A stretch of 64,000 nt of DNA from Eledone cirrhosa. Taxonomy: Eukaryota. This document shows positions 60,712 through 64,000 of this stretch, in pieces. The notes beneath the pieces were generated by a model, which did not search any database, was not told the origin of the DNA, and saw only the letters and a list, made by a program, of their open reading frames with translations. Numbering within the stretch: position 1 is the first letter of the stretch; each line of letters starts with the position of its first letter. The position numbers and the translations under genes are program-made. The stretch lies in the NCBI GenBank assembly GCA_964016885.1, contig OZ024740.1, forward strand, positions 259,904,001-259,968,000. Direction: 5' to 3'.

Positions 60712-61012
60712 ACAACACTACCACCTCACACAACACCCTCACTACCACCAACTCTACCAGACTTAACACCACCAATACCACCACCAACAACACCACCACC
60801 ACCAGCGTCACCATCACCAACACCACCACCAATAACATTACTAACACCACAACCAATACCACTACAATCACCACCGCCACCACCGACAACAAAACCATCA
60901 CCAACACCACCACCATCCCCACCATCAACATCACTAACACCATCAACAACATTACCAACACCACAACCAACACCACTAACCACAACAACGCCACCACAAC
61001 TACTACAACAAT
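60712..61012. repeat. degenerate (ACC/AAC)n repeat
   Basis: Direct inspection. Confidence 0.9.
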
Positions 61013-62840
61013 AATAGAATGTGATTTATGGCATAGCAGTTATATGGTAGGTATTTCCTGCAACTGTGCAGGAATATAAAATAAGGAGTTAAACCATATT
61101 ACATATATGGCTTATTTCAGACATTTGACAGTGAAATAAGTGATAGATATATTTCCCCTGGGATGGAAACTTCTAGAGATTTTACTAATATGAAACATGG
61201 AAGTCTTATAAAGAAACATTTACATAAATTATTTTACCTACTGTTATGTTTCTTAAATTATTTTACCTACTGTTATGTTTCTTACGAAAGTCACTACACA
61301 TAATTTTAAAATTATTTTTGAAAATAATTGAGAGAATCACCTCTATGTTCTTGTGACTTCCCAGAAACTCTTTGGCACTATTTGTTCCAACGTAAAAATT
61401 ATTAGTCTAAGAGAACTGATCATTTAAAATCTTCCAAGAATTCTCTACCTTTTTCTGTTGAAACTGGCTGTAACTGATCGCTCAAACTGATGTTAAGGTA
61501 TTGTTCTCAAAATAAATACTTTCAAAATCTCATAGATTCGATATTATGTGAGATATTATGTGAGGTAAAGCATTTACCATGAAAATATAATAATATATAT
61601 AGAGTAATGTGAATGCTAAAGGGTTAAGTCTACCACCTGAGTGAATTGTCCCAAATATATGACAGGTACTTCATTTACAGACTCTGAAGGGATGAAAGGT
61701 TAAGTTAAGCCCCCATTATGTCTTCAATTCAGAATAGAACAAGTTGAAACTAAATTCTGCAGTTCAGTAGTTTTATCATTTCCTACAATAAGTGAACCTC
61801 TACCTGGTTAAGCCAACCTTTTATAAATAGTAGCCAAAACCCCATCAAATCTCACTCCACTATCTTAAATAAAGAAAGTCACATTATACAATGTAATCCC
61901 CCATATCTTTAAAAAGATAAGATGATTTCAGATAGACTACCTTGGATCAGAGCTCTGCTGGATCAAGGATCACCTACAACTAAACCAAAATTAATTTCAA
62001 AACAACTCTTAACCCTCTTATTACTAACTCCCCCCAAACTACCTCTGGTTCTATAAAACAAAACAACCCATTTTAGAAAGTTCCTATTTAAACTGAAATC
62101 TTCCAACATAATTTGACATAAGAACCATTTGTTAAATAGTATTATAAATCCTGACTTAATGAAATAATTAATTATTTTAGTTGAGGTTTTATTGTATCAA
62201 CTGTTAAATGTCATATACACTCATTAGTATATTATAGCCATCATTATCATCGTTTTTACGTTGACTTTTCTATGCTGGCACAGTTTGAGGGAATGTTTTC
62301 AGACAATGTTTTAGAAATGGATGTCCTTTCAGGCACCAACTCTTTTAGTTGCTTCTTACAACATGCAGGGATACAGTGTACCTATTCTAAACTGGACACA
62401 GATAGCCATGTTGTACTAAAACAAAAAATGGACATGAAAACCCACATGCAACTTGCTCAGGGATTGAAAAGTTAGATAATGAAACCAACATATTACAAAA
62501 TCTTAAATGCAGGCAATCAAAGAGAGATGAGTTCCACTGGGTTGTATTTGCCCCATGACATTGAAGGATCAATGTAAAATGTAAAATGGAATGAAGTGAA
62601 ATTATCTATTACTGCATGCCATTTATATATACAAGTATCTGCCAATATATTGTAAAAGATCTACCAAAATGTTTGAGTACATGGAGGCTACAAAAAGATT
62701 CAATAACAGAACCTTCTAGCTGCTTTACAGTTTCCCTTTCTTCACATTTTTTCTTTATCTTCTTTTACACTTATTTTGCCTCCTGTTGGCCTTTTTTTTT
62801 TTTTTTTAAATTTTAAATTTAAATTTTACAGTTGTGTTAT

Positions 62841-63090
62841 AAGGGAGAGGAGAGAGAGAGAGAAGGGAGGGGAGAGAGAGGGGGGAAAGGAGAAAGAGAA
62901 GATAAAAGGGAAGGAGAAAAGGAGAGAAGAGAGGTAAAAGAGAATAGGTGGGAGAGGAGAGAACAGAGAGGAGGGAGAGAAGGAAGGGAGAGAGAAGGGA
63001 GAGGAGGGCAAGGAGGGAGGAGAGGGAGAGACTAGAGAATGGTGAGAGAGGAGAAAATGGTGTAAAAGGTGAGAGAGAAGGGAGAAAAGT
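62841..63090. repeat. polypurine (GA-rich) tract
   Basis: Direct inspection; similar tract at 35117-35295. Confidence 0.9.
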
Positions 63091-63310
63091 AAAATTCATC
63101 CCAGTACAAGATTGGTACATTATCAACCTCTAAAGGATGAAAGGCAAAGTTGACCTCAACAAGATTTAAACTTGGAGCACAGTGAACTAAAACAAACAGC
63201 AAGGCATTCAATCTAATGCACGAACAACTCTGCCAATTCTCAACCTGTGGATGACATGGACCTTACCTGTGGATGAGAAGGAACTCACCTGTAAATGAAA
63301 CGGAACTCAC

Positions 63311-63360
63311 CTGTGGAAGACATGGGGCTCAGCAGTAGAGGATATGGGGCTAATGAACCA
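63311..63360 (-). CDS. candidate 50-nt exon with tandem alternative donors
   Basis: Acceptor cttctctcacctccAG, donor CAG|GTGAGT; further donors 22 and 44 nt downstream. Confidence 0.25.
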
Positions 63361-63619
63361 CTGGAGGTGAGAGAAGTGTGTCTGTGTGGAAAGATTATGA
63401 ATAGCATTAAGGAATGTTAGAAGAATGTAGTGAGGGGGCATAGGATGAGGCATAGGTGAGATGTCAATGACCTAGGTGAGAAAAAGTAAACAGAAAAATG
63501 AATTATATGTAACCTTCATTATGTTCTAAACACCAGCTTAACAATGAGACTGTTATATTACTAAACCCCTCAAAATTCTTTATTATTTTCAATATTATCA
63601 ACCATGCTATGTGTTTGTT

Positions 63620-63692
<73 letters not shown>

Positions 63693-63881
63693 TATCAGGA
63701 TCAAACCAGTACTAAACTAGTAAGACCATTATTCAACAAAGTATTTGACATTTAGGAGAGTAGAGTGTGACTATATAAGAAAGAATTGCCGTTTCAACAG
63801 CTAATTCCAGGCTGTCTGGAATTAGTTGTCAAAATGGCAAGAGCTCAACCATCAGGCCCCGACTCTTTCTTTATATATAGT

Positions 63882-64000
63882 GTGTGGAGGTGTCATGGCA
63901 AAAAAGCACCTAGCTCTCACTGTAAATGAGGTTGGTGTTAGGAAGGGCATCCAGCTGTAGAAATCAAGCCAGAATCAGTTCCTGTATGAGCAAGCTAAGG
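63882..64000 (+). mobile_element. RTE-C 3' UTR fragment running off the window
   Basis: Near-identical to parts of 27653-27808. Confidence 0.9.

Overview
Repeat-saturated eukaryotic (animal) DNA with no recognisable intact host gene. The SINE/LINE repertoire and extreme (TA)n/(GAT)n/(CAC)n content suggest a coleoid cephalopod, probably Octopus (inference, not verified). Content: one intact RTE-clade LINE (1039-aa APE+RT ORF with a C4HC3 PHD-like finger inside the RT) with several truncated sister copies mostly sitting in (TA)n tracts; other decayed RTE families; a CR1-like fragment; a near full-length decayed L1/Tx1 element in an (ATT)n tract; a DD37D (maT) transposase pseudogene; Tc2-like and piggyBac-like MITEs; two tRNA-derived SINE families whose tails match LINEs in the window; Penelope/retrozyme-like pieces carrying type I hammerhead ribozyme motifs; and several minisatellites (27, 30, 48, 50, 61 bp). 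Most notable: a ~630-nt hammerhead-containing unit showing an end-to-start junction, a variant hammerhead core shared by two copies, the PHD-in-RT LINE, a SINE/Tx1 shared tail, satellites born from transposon ends, and recurrent fold-back inverted duplications. All alignments were done by eye; no database searches were run.
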